DNA of 64,000 nucleotides from Candidatus Micrarchaeota archaeon. Lineage in GTDB: Archaea > Micrarchaeota > Micrarchaeia > Anstonellales > Bilamarchaeaceae. A model generated the notes under the pieces. It made no database searches. It saw only the letters and a list, made by a program, of their open reading frames with translations, and was not told the DNA's origin. The stretch covers positions 918 through 64,917 of the forward strand of contig JAHJDH010000010.1 of NCBI GenBank assembly GCA_018812625.1, written 5' to 3'. How positions within the stretch are numbered: position 1 is the stretch's first letter; the number at the start of each line of letters is the position of its first letter. The position numbers and the translations under genes are program-made. Positions 18,783 through 28,274 of this stretch are shown here, piece after piece.

Positions 18783-19822
18783 GCAAGGCGAGAAAGCGCC
18801 TTTGTTTTTTCTCCGGATTTTGTTTCTGCAAGAACATCCTGCAAAAATGAAATAGAATTTTGATAAGTAGAGCGATCTACGGGATAGGGAATGCCATCTT
18901 TGCCTCCGTGGGCAAATGAATATTTTACTGGATCTTTCCAATCAAGTTCTGTTCCATGGATTAGTTTGGCAAGAAGGCCTAGTGCACGTAATTTCTTTTT
19001 GCCCATTCCCTGCAGACAAACAAGTTCTTCATAGTTTTTAGGTTGAAGTTCATAAGCATTGTGAAGCACTTCCCAGTCTTTTTTTGAAAGATCAGATTTG
19101 AAGATTTCATGACGCACTGGAAGAGTGTGATGATTATCAAGAAGAGTGGTCTGGCCGCCAAAATATTTTCGTAAGTGATTAGGATTGTCATTTACCAGAT
19201 CCAAAGAAACTTTCCTTGAATTTTCTGATTGATTGCTTGAGAGGTTTAGAGTTTCTTTTTCTTTTGATCCAGCGATTTTGTTTGGAGGATTTGCAACAAA
19301 GCGGTCTGCATTGAACCAGTGGTATCTTCTTGCATAATGATTTGCAGGATTCATGCCCTGCTGGATAACGCACCAGTTTCCTTTTTCATCAAAAAGAAAG
19401 GAGTGATGATAAAGATTGTAGCCATCCTGAATAACTGAACTGTCTACTTTTGCAGTTAGAATACTTGCTTTTCGAAGCTTTTTTTCAGAAGTGCCAAGTA
19501 TGTCGGATTTTTGCTGGATTTCCTGGAGAGTATTTCTTGAAGCCCTGCCCTTTCCCCCAGCTACTGCAATGCCCAAATCCATAGTAATTGCTTCCTTTAA
19601 TGCTCCACAAGTAGTAGTTGTGGTCCCAGAGCTGTGCCAATCAAAACCAATGGTGCAACTGAGAGCTTGGAAAAACATAGGATCAGAAAGTCGCACCAGT
19701 AGTTCCTTGGTTCCGTAATTGTCAATTATTATAGAAGTGATTTCTCTGGAAAGCTTTCTCATCCTAGTAAAGAGCCATACAGGGCATTTTCCAGGGTGGA
19801 GTGGAAGATCAATGGTTTTCAT
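18770..19822 (-). CDS. DUF763-family protein
   Basis: 350 aa. The N-terminal LPLHPGK.P.WLF.RM..L...I and WHSSG motifs match my recollection of DUF763. Function unknown. Confidence 0.55.
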   Translation of the reverse strand: MKTIDLPLHPGKCPVWLFTRMRKLSREITSIIIDNYGTKELLVRLSDPMFFQALSCTIGFDWHSSGTTTTTCGALKEAITMDLGIAVAGGKGRASRNTLQEIQQKSDILGTSEKKLRKASILTAKVDSSVIQDGYNLYHHSFLFDEKGNWCVIQQGMNPANHYARRYHWFNADRFVANPPNKIAGSKEKETLNLSSNQSENSRKVSLDLVNDNPNHLRKYFGGQTTLLDNHHTLPVRHEIFKSDLSKKDWEVLHNAYELQPKNYEELVCLQGMGKKKLRALGLLAKLIHGTELDWKDPVKYSFAHGGKDGIPYPVDRSTYQNSISFLQDVLAETKSGEKTKALSRLAHLC

Positions 19823-19843
19823 AAAAATCCCCCCAAAAGAGGG

Positions 19844-19874
19844 CTGCTGAGGGAATTGGGGAGGCCCTCAGCAG
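19844..19874. other. Perfect 10-bp GC-rich hairpin CTGCTGAGGG-(11 nt)-CCCTCAGCAG in a divergent intergenic region
   Basis: Arms at 19844-19853 and 19865-19874 read directly from the sequence. G/C tracts flank it. Not positioned as a terminator for either neighbour. Confidence 0.4.
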
Positions 19875-19987
19875 ACGAAAGGGGTGAAACTAAATAGGTA
19901 ACTTGGTCTTTGTTTATAAGGAAAAACGGAGTTCATTTCCGCAAGCATTTTTGAACGGTTGCCTTCAATAGGATATTGAGGGAATAT

Positions 19988-20824
19988 ATGATTAGGGGAG
20001 TTCTTTGTGACATAGATAATACACTGGTAGATTTCCTGACTTTCAAGGAAAAGACTGCAAGAGCTTCTGTTTCTGCGATGGTATCTCATGGCCTTCCAAC
20101 AACTGAAGAGGATGCATATAGGAGACTTTTCGAAGTATATGCAGAATTCACAATGGAATATGAAAAAACATATTACCAGATTATTAGCCAGTTTGGGCTT
20201 GATGTAAACAAGGCAGAAGAGATTCAACAGGCAGCAATTATTGCACATCAGAGAATGATGAATGAAGTTCTTTGCCCATATCCAATGGTAAAGCCAGTAT
20301 TAGCAGAACTTCGGCGAATGAAATTGAAAATAGGAGTAGTATCAGATGCTCCAAGAAACAAAGCATGGAAAAGACTTGTTTTGAGTGGATTGTTTGATCA
20401 GTTCGATTTTGTTATAACTCATCAGGATACCATGCAACACAAACCACACCCAACTCCATTTCAGCTTGGGCTAGAAAAACTTGGATTGCCTCCAAATGAA
20501 GTAATATTTGTTGGAGATGATCCGGCAAAAGATATTTTAGGAGCAAAACAGCTTGGGATTCTTTCATGCCTTGCACTCTATGGATTCAAGGACACACAGC
20601 GCTACAGAAAATACGATTTGGATAGTTTGCCAAAAGCAGATTTCGAAATTGAGAGGTTTGAAGACATCCTAGGCATGATTGCAACTGCAAATGACATTGA
20701 ACAGATGAAGGAAAAAGGCCGTTGTTCAAGACTATGGACATCTGGAAAACGAATGCTCATAACAGTTGGACAGAAATCAAGACTTGGATTTGCTAGAACA
20801 ATTTCAAGAGGAGCAAATCACTAA
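19988..20824 (+). CDS. HAD-superfamily hydrolase (phosphatase, subfamily IA-like)
   Basis: CDIDNTLVDF (motif I DxDxT), VSDAPRNKA (motif II) and FVGDDPAKDILGAK (motif IV). The ATG at 19988 is preferred over the TTG at 19976. Confidence 0.8.
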   Translation: MIRGVLCDIDNTLVDFLTFKEKTARASVSAMVSHGLPTTEEDAYRRLFEVYAEFTMEYEKTYYQIISQFGLDVNKAEEIQQAAIIAHQRMMNEVLCPYPMVKPVLAELRRMKLKIGVVSDAPRNKAWKRLVLSGLFDQFDFVITHQDTMQHKPHPTPFQLGLEKLGLPPNEVIFVGDDPAKDILGAKQLGILSCLALYGFKDTQRYRKYDLDSLPKADFEIERFEDILGMIATANDIEQMKEKGRCSRLWTSGKRMLITVGQKSRLGFARTISRGANH

Positions 20825-20859
20825 CTTTATAAGCTGTTTCTCGCTATTTTCTTCTTAAT

Positions 20860-20960
20860 CCCGCCTTAGCTCAACGGTAGAGCGGCCCGCTGTAGTTTTG
20901 ATTTTAACTGGAAAACCAGTAGAAACGGGCAGGTTACTTGTTCAAATCAGGTAGGCGGGA
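20860..20960 (+). tRNA. tRNA-Tyr (GUA) with a 29-nt intron at the canonical 37/38 position
   Basis: Hand fold:
- Acceptor CCCGCCT/AGGCGGG with a C1:G72 pair and discriminator A.
- D arm GCTC-AACGGTA-GAGC.
- Anticodon stem GCCCG/CGGGC, anticodon GTA at 20892-20894.
- Intron 20896-20924 containing a CTGG-AAAA-CCAG hairpin.
- T arm ACTTG-TTCAAAT-CAGGT.
- TATA TTTATAAG 26 nt upstream and an oligo-T tract downstream. Confidence 0.85.
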
Positions 20961-20968
20961 CTTATTTT

Positions 20969-22315
20969 TCATACACTTCTAGCTGCCCTCTCAACAACTT
21001 CGCTCAGTGCAGGATGGATATGTATTGTTCTAGTGATATCGCCGAGATAATTGCTGCCAGTTCTCATAAGAACCAAAACTTCATGGATAAGGGTGGATGC
21101 TTCTGGGCCCATTATATGGCAACCAAGGATTTTCCCATCATAGTCAGTAAGGAATTTCACGAAACCTTCCTTTTCTCCAATAGCAAGTCCCATTCCACTA
21201 TTTTTGTACATGTACTTCCCAGAAAGATATTTCATCTCTTTTTCCTTTAGCTCCTGCTCAGTATATCCAACTCCTGCAATCTGAGGAAATGAGAATACTG
21301 CATGAGGCATAGCAGAATAATCAACTTTGATTTTATTTCCTGGATTGAAGATGTTTCGAACTACAGTTTCGGCTTCGAGATTTGCAGAATGCTTGAAAAG
21401 ATATTTTCCGGCAATATCCCCAAGGACCCAGATACCATCGACATTGGTCTGCATATACTCATCGCACTCAACATAGCCATGCTTATTCAGTGCAACGCCT
21501 GTTTTTTCAACTTCCAGAATATCGGAATTAGATGTTCTTCCAGTTGCAATGAGCAGGTGAGTTCCTTCTGCCTTCTGACCATCTTTGCTATGGACAATGA
21601 TCTTATCTCCGTTTTTCTCAACTTTGCTTGATGCAAAATTAAGCTTGACTTCGCAATGTTTTGAAAATATTTCTGTGAATTTTTCTCCGATTTCCTGATC
21701 CTCACGAGGAAGCAATCGAACATTTCTCTGCAGGATAGTTACTTTTGACCCCATTGCTGAAAAGAAATAGGCAAGCTCGGTTGATATATATCCACCGCCA
21801 ATAACCAAAAGTTCCTTTGGAAGTTTCTTGAGGCGCAGAATTTCCCTGCTGGTCATATATGGAACAGAATCAATGCCTTCCAGTGGAGGAACTGATGGCC
21901 GGGTTCCTGCTGCAATAACAATCTTATCTGCAGAAATTTCTCCATCTTTTACTAAGAGGGTTTTTGGACCAGTAAACTTTGCTCTTTCTTTATAGAGAGT
22001 AATATTTGGGGATTTTCGAAGCGAATCTTCTATTTTTTTGGCATCCTCATCAACAACCCAGGATCTCTTCATTGCTTTTTCAAAATCAATAGATGCATCG
22101 CATTCAACATTTACTCCGAATTCACTGGAATTTTTTATTGTTTGAACGACATCTGCACTATGAACCAGGATTTTTGTTGGGATGCATCCGCGGTTGAGGC
22201 ATGTTCCGCCAAGAGGGCCTTCCTCGATGATTGCAACTTTAAGTCCTTGGGCTGCTGCTGCACTAACTACAGTGAGACCAGAGCCGCCGCCAATAACAAT
22301 TAGATCAAATTTCAT
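20969..22315 (-). CDS. Class I pyridine nucleotide-disulfide oxidoreductase (dihydrolipoyl dehydrogenase/mercuric reductase-like)
   Basis: FDLIVIGGGSGL FAD fold, redox-active GGTCLNRGCIPTK disulfide, a second NAD fold (LVIGGGYIS) and a C-terminal HIHPALSEV dimerisation motif. Confidence 0.85.
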   Translation of the reverse strand: MKFDLIVIGGGSGLTVVSAAAAQGLKVAIIEEGPLGGTCLNRGCIPTKILVHSADVVQTIKNSSEFGVNVECDASIDFEKAMKRSWVVDEDAKKIEDSLRKSPNITLYKERAKFTGPKTLLVKDGEISADKIVIAAGTRPSVPPLEGIDSVPYMTSREILRLKKLPKELLVIGGGYISTELAYFFSAMGSKVTILQRNVRLLPREDQEIGEKFTEIFSKHCEVKLNFASSKVEKNGDKIIVHSKDGQKAEGTHLLIATGRTSNSDILEVEKTGVALNKHGYVECDEYMQTNVDGIWVLGDIAGKYLFKHSANLEAETVVRNIFNPGNKIKVDYSAMPHAVFSFPQIAGVGYTEQELKEKEMKYLSGKYMYKNSGMGLAIGEKEGFVKFLTDYDGKILGCHIMGPEASTLIHEVLVLMRTGSNYLGDITRTIHIHPALSEVVERAARSV

Positions 22316-22345
22316 ATTTTGATATTGATGGGGCAAATTAAAAAA

Positions 22346-23557
22346 TCAAGCGAAAAGAGCCTTTACAAAGAAAACCGGATCTGTCAGATTTTTGTGATTG
22401 TCTGGATTGAGAATTGCATCCGAAATGACTTCCCTGATATCTTTGCTTCTATGAGCTTTTCCAATAATTAGATCAACTAAAAATGGATGATTGCACATCT
22501 TCAGAAGATTATTATTTGTATTAACTTCGCTTTGGATGATTCCGTAGAGTTTTTTGTGATATTCGGAAAATTTCTCTTCTGAGAAGTTGTTTTGCTCCAG
22601 CGCCTCAATAATAACTTGTGCAGATACTTTTCCACTAGTTAGAGCATTGCCAATTCCTTCTCCAGTAAATGGATCGATTAAGGATGATGCATCTCCAATT
22701 AGCACATAGCCATTTCCATAATTTCGGATCTTTTTTGTTGCAAGAGGAAGAAGCCAGCTTCGAACATCAGTGCTTCTTTTAGCATCTTTGAATCGCTCCT
22801 TGAAAACAGGATTTTTAGTTGTGATTTCTTCGAGCAATTTGGTGAGGTTGATTTTTTTGGATTTAACATGGCTGACCAAAATTGCAATACCAACATTAGC
22901 TCTTCCATCTGGCAGTGGAAAAATCCAGAAATAGCCAGGAAGGGTTTCTTTGACAAAATGCAACTCTATTTTATTGCCCATGCCGCCGACATTTTCATAA
23001 TATGCGCGAACTCCTGCAGATTGGTGTTTTTCATCAGAGTTGTTTACTCCTAGTTTTCTTGCAGTAAAGCCGGCTGCCCCATCAGCTCCAACGATCACTT
23101 TTGCACGATATTCAAACTGTTTTCCTTTTGAAGTTCCTTTTACACCAACAAGTTTTCCATTTTCTTCAATAAAATCAGTTACCAAAAATTCTTCTATTGT
23201 TTTGGTAGCGAGTTTTTTGGCATTTTGAAATAAAACATCATCCAGAACCATCCTGGTACAAACAAATCCAGGAGCATCCTTGCTGCCTGCTGCTTTTACT
23301 GGAACAACGGTTCCGTTAGGAGATGAGAAGGTAACTCCATACATATCTTTATGATCCTTAGTTTGAAGTTCTTTGAGAAGCCCCAGTTCCTTCAGTACAC
23401 TAACAGAGCGGCCGCTAATTCCATCTCCGCAAATTTTTTCCCTTGGAAACTTTGCGCGATCAAGAAGAAGAACTTTTTTTCCTGCCTTAGATAAGAATGC
23501 AGTACAGCTAGAGCCTGAAGGTCCTGCTCCTATTACTATTACATCGTAGTTTTCCAT
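22346..23557 (-). CDS. Geranylgeranyl reductase family flavoprotein (archaeal lipid saturation)
   Basis: 403 aa. YDVIVIGAGPSGSS, RE.ICGDGIS and LIGDA..LIDPFTGEGI motifs are typical of digeranylgeranylglycerophospholipid reductases. Confidence 0.85.
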   Translation of the reverse strand: MENYDVIVIGAGPSGSSCTAFLSKAGKKVLLLDRAKFPREKICGDGISGRSVSVLKELGLLKELQTKDHKDMYGVTFSSPNGTVVPVKAAGSKDAPGFVCTRMVLDDVLFQNAKKLATKTIEEFLVTDFIEENGKLVGVKGTSKGKQFEYRAKVIVGADGAAGFTARKLGVNNSDEKHQSAGVRAYYENVGGMGNKIELHFVKETLPGYFWIFPLPDGRANVGIAILVSHVKSKKINLTKLLEEITTKNPVFKERFKDAKRSTDVRSWLLPLATKKIRNYGNGYVLIGDASSLIDPFTGEGIGNALTSGKVSAQVIIEALEQNNFSEEKFSEYHKKLYGIIQSEVNTNNNLLKMCNHPFLVDLIIGKAHRSKDIREVISDAILNPDNHKNLTDPVFFVKALFA

Positions 23558-23609
23558 GTGATCACTGTAAAACTCGTCTATATAAAACTAAATACGCTAT
23601 TTACTGATT

Positions 23610-24125
23610 ATGCTTATAATCATATGCGGACTTCCAGGAAGTGGAAAAAGTTCGCTCTCAAGAAGGCTAAAAAGAATATTGCCTGCGATACACTTGAATA
23701 CTGATAAGGTAAGAAAAGAGGTGTTCCCTAATCCAAAATACACTGAACAAGAGAAGAAAATGGTTTATGATGAGATTGTAAATCAAACCGAAAAGCAGCT
23801 TTTGAAAAAAAGAAATGTTATCGTAGATGCTACTTTCTACAGCAAAAAATACAGGCAACGAGTAATCAATGTTGCAAGGGATACCAAGACAAAATACTAC
23901 GTGATAAAATGCATACTCTCAGAGGAAATGATAAAGAAAAGACTTGAGATGAGAGGCAAAAGAGGAACAGGGGTTAGTGATGCTGATTATGAGATATATT
24001 TGAAAGTAAAGGAAAAGTTCGAGCCCATTGAAGAGAAACATCTGGAAGTTGACTGCTCTTTTGAAGGAGAGGAACAAGTAAAAAAAGCAATGGATTACTT
24101 AGGTGTCAAACATGGAAAAAGATAA
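23610..24125 (+). CDS. P-loop kinase (AAA_33-like)
   Basis: 171 aa with Walker A GLPGSGKSS at residues 7-15 and a small kinase-sized fold. Confidence 0.7.
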   Translation: MLIIICGLPGSGKSSLSRRLKRILPAIHLNTDKVRKEVFPNPKYTEQEKKMVYDEIVNQTEKQLLKKRNVIVDATFYSKKYRQRVINVARDTKTKYYVIKCILSEEMIKKRLEMRGKRGTGVSDADYEIYLKVKEKFEPIEEKHLEVDCSFEGEEQVKKAMDYLGVKHGKR

Positions 24126-25077
24126 GATAATAGAGCTTACAAAAAAAGGGTTTGAACTGATAGAAACTCATATCTCCTGGGTGCTGCTTTCTGACGAATT
24201 TGCATACAAGATAAAAAAACCAGTAAAATTCTCATTTCTGGACTTTTCTACCATTGAGAAAAGAAAAACGCTCTGCGACGAGGAAGTAAGGCTAAACAAA
24301 AGACTGTCTCCAGACATATACATTGAGGTTGTTTCAGTTAATGATCTTGATGGAATATTAGAGTTCAATGGAAATGGGGATGTTATTGATTACGCAGTGA
24401 AAATGAAAAAACTGAACCAGGAAAACAGGATGGACATGCTGCTCAAGGATGATAAAATAGGCCAAGAGCATGTGAAAGAGATTGCCGGGATAGTTGCAGA
24501 TTTCCACAAGAATATTGATGTAATCAGAGAGACTGGATATGGAAGTGCAAAGACAGTAAAAAAACAGATCGATGATCTTGGAAATTTCAGGGGGGTAATT
24601 GAAAACGCATGCGGACTTGGAAAAACAGTTGATTTTATTTTGGAAAAATCAGATGAGTTTATTGGCAAACATAGAAGAGAGTTTGAAAAAAGACATGACA
24701 GTGGCAAGGTACGAGATTGTCATGGAGATTTGCACTCTGCAAACATCTTCATAGGGGAAAAGATAACTATTTTTGATTGTATTGAGTTTAGCAAAGATTT
24801 TAGGTTCATAGACACTGCAAGCGAAATAGCATTTATGGCAATGGATCTTGATGCATTTGGAAAAGAAAAGCTTGCAGATCTGTTTGTTGAGGGGTATATT
24901 GCAAAAAGTCAGGATGAAGACCTTCGATCAGTGATCCAAATTTACAAATGCTACAGGGCAAATGTCAGAGCAAAAATTGCTGCAATTGAATACTCCCAGA
25001 ATCCAGAAGAAGAACCAAAAGAAAGAATTAGAAAATATATTGAACTGGCTGAAAAATATGCCAAAATGCTCAATTAG
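24112..25077 (+). CDS. Aminoglycoside-phosphotransferase/protein-kinase-like fold protein
   Basis: The catalytic-loop-like DCHGDLHSANIF and IFDCIEF (DFG-like) motifs. Its start overlaps the 3' end of the P-loop kinase gene. Confidence 0.7.
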   Translation: MEKDKIIELTKKGFELIETHISWVLLSDEFAYKIKKPVKFSFLDFSTIEKRKTLCDEEVRLNKRLSPDIYIEVVSVNDLDGILEFNGNGDVIDYAVKMKKLNQENRMDMLLKDDKIGQEHVKEIAGIVADFHKNIDVIRETGYGSAKTVKKQIDDLGNFRGVIENACGLGKTVDFILEKSDEFIGKHRREFEKRHDSGKVRDCHGDLHSANIFIGEKITIFDCIEFSKDFRFIDTASEIAFMAMDLDAFGKEKLADLFVEGYIAKSQDEDLRSVIQIYKCYRANVRAKIAAIEYSQNPEEEPKERIRKYIELAEKYAKMLN

Positions 25078-26627
25078 TGCCTGAAATGACGAACTCCGGT
25101 GAAGACCATAGACATTCCATGCTCATTTGCAGCATCAATTACTTCCTGATCTCTAATCGAACCACCAGGCTGGATTACTGCAGTAATTCCACGCTTTGCA
25201 GCTGCATCTATCCCATCTCTGAACGGGAAGAAGGCATCAGAAGCCATAGCACATCCTTTGAGTTCTAATCCAAAATCAGCAGCAATATCAGCACCAAGAC
25301 GGGCTGCATCAACTCTTTTCATTTGTCCGGCTCCAATACCAATAACACGTGTTGGCTGTGCATAAACAATAGAATTGGACTTTACGTGCTTGCATACTTT
25401 CCAGGCATATTTCATAGCAAGAATTTCTTTATCGGTAGGGGTTTTCTTGGTTACTACATTGAATTGTTTATCATGAAGAATAACATTGCCATCCTGCACA
25501 AGAAGGCCCCCAACAACAGAACGATACTCTCTGTATGGTGGATGGTTCTTGTCAAGTCCATCAATTTGAAGAAGTCTTAGTTTTTTCTTTTTAGAGAAGA
25601 TTTCAAGCGCCTTTTCAGTAAATGATGGAGCAAGAACGATCTCAATGAATTTGGAAGTAATCTCAGCTGCAAGCTCCCCGCCAACTTCTCTGTTGAGGAT
25701 AGTAACTCCTCCAAAGGCGGCCTCTGGATCAACGGATCTGGCAAGCTTATATGCTTCAAGAAGGTTTTGGGCAGACGCTACTCCAGAAGGATTATTATGC
25801 TTCATTACAACTGCAGTTGTTTCTGAAAATTCTTTTATGAGTGCAAGTGCAGAATTGGCATCAAGAAGATTATTATATGATAATTGTTTTCCCTGAAGCT
25901 GTTTTGCATTTGCAATTGAAGACTCTTTGTATTGATCATCAACATAAAATGCAGCAGTCTGATGAGGATTTTCACCATAGCGCAAATCCTGGTTTTTATG
26001 GAATGAAATTGTCAGATATTCTGGATACTGAACAGAATTTGAAAAGACTTTCCTAAAGTAATTTTCAATTACTGCATCATAATGAGATATATGCATCCAA
26101 GCCTCAAGTGCAAGCTCTTCCCGGCTTTGAACTGAAAGTTCCCCTGTTTCTTTTAACTCGGAGGTTACTTTTTCATACGAATTTGGACTGACTACTACTG
26201 CAACGTTTTGATAGTTTTTAGCAGCAGCCCTAACAAGAGTTGGCCCTCCTATATCAATTTTTTCGATTGTATCTGCTAGGGAAGCGCCCTTTTTGATAGT
26301 GTCTTCAAAAGGATAGAGATTAACCACAACAAGGTCGATAAAGCCAATACCATTTTTCTCTGCTTCTTCCACGTGCTTTGTGTTGGTCCTGTCAGCTAGT
26401 ATCCCTCCGTGGATTTTTGGATGAAGAGTTTTAACTCTGCCATTCATCATTTCGGGAGAACCAGTATACTCTGAAACATCAATAACTTTGATGTTATTTT
26501 CAGAAAGAAGTTTTGCAGTGCCGCCACTTGAGAGTATTTCTACCCCTTGCTCAGAAAGAACTTGTGCAAGCTCAATCACGCCAGTTTTATCAAATACACT
26601 TATTAGTGCTCTCTTTATTTTTGCCAT
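25074..26627 (-). CDS. purH: Bifunctional AICAR transformylase / IMP cyclohydrolase
   Basis: 517 aa. MGS-like N-terminal domain ([10 protein letters not shown]), [12 protein letters not shown], and a C-terminal AICARFT domain ending [10 protein letters not shown]. Confidence 0.95.
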   Translation of the reverse strand: MAKIKRALISVFDKTGVIELAQVLSEQGVEILSSGGTAKLLSENNIKVIDVSEYTGSPEMMNGRVKTLHPKIHGGILADRTNTKHVEEAEKNGIGFIDLVVVNLYPFEDTIKKGASLADTIEKIDIGGPTLVRAAAKNYQNVAVVVSPNSYEKVTSELKETGELSVQSREELALEAWMHISHYDAVIENYFRKVFSNSVQYPEYLTISFHKNQDLRYGENPHQTAAFYVDDQYKESSIANAKQLQGKQLSYNNLLDANSALALIKEFSETTAVVMKHNNPSGVASAQNLLEAYKLARSVDPEAAFGGVTILNREVGGELAAEITSKFIEIVLAPSFTEKALEIFSKKKKLRLLQIDGLDKNHPPYREYRSVVGGLLVQDGNVILHDKQFNVVTKKTPTDKEILAMKYAWKVCKHVKSNSIVYAQPTRVIGIGAGQMKRVDAARLGADIAADFGLELKGCAMASDAFFPFRDGIDAAAKRGITAVIQPGGSIRDQEVIDAANEHGMSMVFTGVRHFRH

Positions 26628-26771
26628 GAGATTATCCCTACAATAAAGTGTCCAAAGGAAGTAAGCTCCAACGGACTTTTGAGCATTAAATCTTCTGAGT
26701 GAAAACTCAAAAAATTCAAGAACCAGTTAACAATATTGTTTGAATGTTGCTTAAAAGGATTTCCATTTTGC

Positions 26772-27110
26772 CTACCTAAAGAGAATAATATCAACTACTC
26801 TTTGTGCTGCATCAATCATATCAAACATCCACACCCTAAGCTCGTCCTGATCAAAATAAACTGGCAATACAATAAGAGGGAATTTCCCGGGTTTGATCTC
26901 AGAGTTTGGAATAATAGAGGCATTGACAAGAACCTGTTCAATATAAGGATTTCCGGTAACTAAAACCATCTCTTGCGGAAAGCCAGCATCCACCATAAGA
27001 TGCCAGGCAGTCCTATCAGGTATTGTAATGAAATCAGGAAGATGTGTAATGTGATCATCAGGAAAAACAATGCTGCCATCTGGTTGAAGATTGCTAAACG
27101 GACCTATCAC
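26772..27110 (-). pseudogene. Internal fragment of an unidentified gene (possibly GT-B glycosyltransferase/epimerase-like)
   Basis: 112-aa ORF with no family-like N- or C-terminus. The ..GFP.E.VLVTGNPYIE.. pattern followed by FPLIVL resembles an inter-domain region of GT-B enzymes. It abuts the HsdS remnant head-to-head. Confidence 0.3.
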
Positions 27111-27734
27111 ATCCCACTAATTGATGCAATAATCGATCAGCTTGAATTGAGTAGATTGGAGCTCGTACCAGTAAGTGACGAAAGAGTGAGTAATCAAGTG
27201 ATATTGCCTGGCAGATTCAAACGCATCTATGTTACTGATGCGGACGGAATTCTTTTTTTAGGCGGAAAAAACATTCAACAATTCGATCCTCCTGACCCAA
27301 AATATTTATCTAAAAAAGGACATAAAGAAAGGATTACAAGGGAACTAACAATCCATCAAAACATGATTCTAATTACATGTAGTGGTACTGTCGGAAGAGT
27401 TGTCCTTGCACCAGAACATTTTGAAGGAATCGCTACCAGCCAACACATAATTCGTATTGTTCCAAGTGAACAAATAAATCCTGGGTATCTGTATGCTTTC
27501 TTAGCAAGCGACTATGGTTACCAGTTAATTATACGAAACAAGTATGGTTCGGTTGTTGATGAAATTGACGATCATCAGGTTAGTACAATACCAATCCCAT
27601 TGCCAGACAAAGAAACAATGGATAAAATTGGAAATCTCGTGCTTGAAGCAAATGATAAACTCACTCAAGCATATTATTTAGAAAAAGAAGCAATCTCTCA
27701 AGTTGAAAAATTGATTATTGATAATCAAAAATAG
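27111..27734 (+). pseudogene. hsdS: Orphan type I R-M specificity (HsdS) remnant: one target-recognition domain plus a conserved C-terminal helix
   Basis: GILFLGGKNIQ, ILITCSGTVGRV, SQHIIRIVP....NPGYLYAFL.S and a C-terminal coiled helix (ETMDKIGNLVLEANDKLTQAYYLEKEAI) match the methylase_S TRD-CR layout. The TRD has no ATG. The upstream part of the ORF is antisense to the neighbouring fragment. No hsdM or hsdR nearby. Confidence 0.6.
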
Positions 27735-27768
27735 GCATCCATGAGTGGATATATCAAGAGAACTAATC

Positions 27769-28257
27769 TTACAGTTGGAATAAGTCTGCTTTCATTAATC
27801 TCTCATATGCAACTTTTACTTCCTCTTTCGTATACTTGGATTTTAGGCTGCATATCTTATTTGAGACGGCTTCTACATCTTCCTTTAATTCTGGGTGTTT
27901 CTTAATTTGATATAAAATAGAGGCTAAAAGTTCAAGTTCATCTGGTGTGAATTTTGTGTCTCCTAAAAATTCCTTAAGTTGTTGTATTGGCTCAGCACGT
28001 AAATCTACCTTTTCGAACACTTCGTCTGAATAATAATCATTTGCTAATCCTGGGGAGTACGGGCCATTAAAATACCAGTTAAATGAATATTCTTTTGACC
28101 ACTGGGGGGCATTTTTCATACGTTGAAATAAATAAACTAACTTCTGGAGTATGATACGATCATTCTTAGTTCCATGAGATGGCGTATCTTCTAGAATTTC
28201 AGCAAGAGCAGATAAAACCTCATTTTTGCCCATATGTATCCGTATTTCTTTAAGCAC
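27769..28257 (-). CDS. Panacea/DUF4065 (SocA/GepA-like) domain protein, putative antitoxin
   Basis: 162 aa. ILQKLVYLFQ followed by W.FNGPYSPGL..DYY matches the kLqKLlY..q ... W.yGPv motifs of DUF4065. Last gene of the tight three-gene cassette. Confidence 0.55.
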   Translation of the reverse strand: MLKEIRIHMGKNEVLSALAEILEDTPSHGTKNDRIILQKLVYLFQRMKNAPQWSKEYSFNWYFNGPYSPGLANDYYSDEVFEKVDLRAEPIQQLKEFLGDTKFTPDELELLASILYQIKKHPELKEDVEAVSNKICSLKSKYTKEEVKVAYERLMKADLFQL

Positions 28258-28274
28258 ACGTACTATTTATTAAT

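Noticed and set aside
26729-26740. A 12-bp perfect palindrome AACAATATTGTT about 100 nt upstream of purH, considered as a purine-regulon operator.
   Set aside because: It is an AT-only palindrome in an AT-rich genome. No related motif was seen upstream of purM or the purN-like gene. There is insufficient support.
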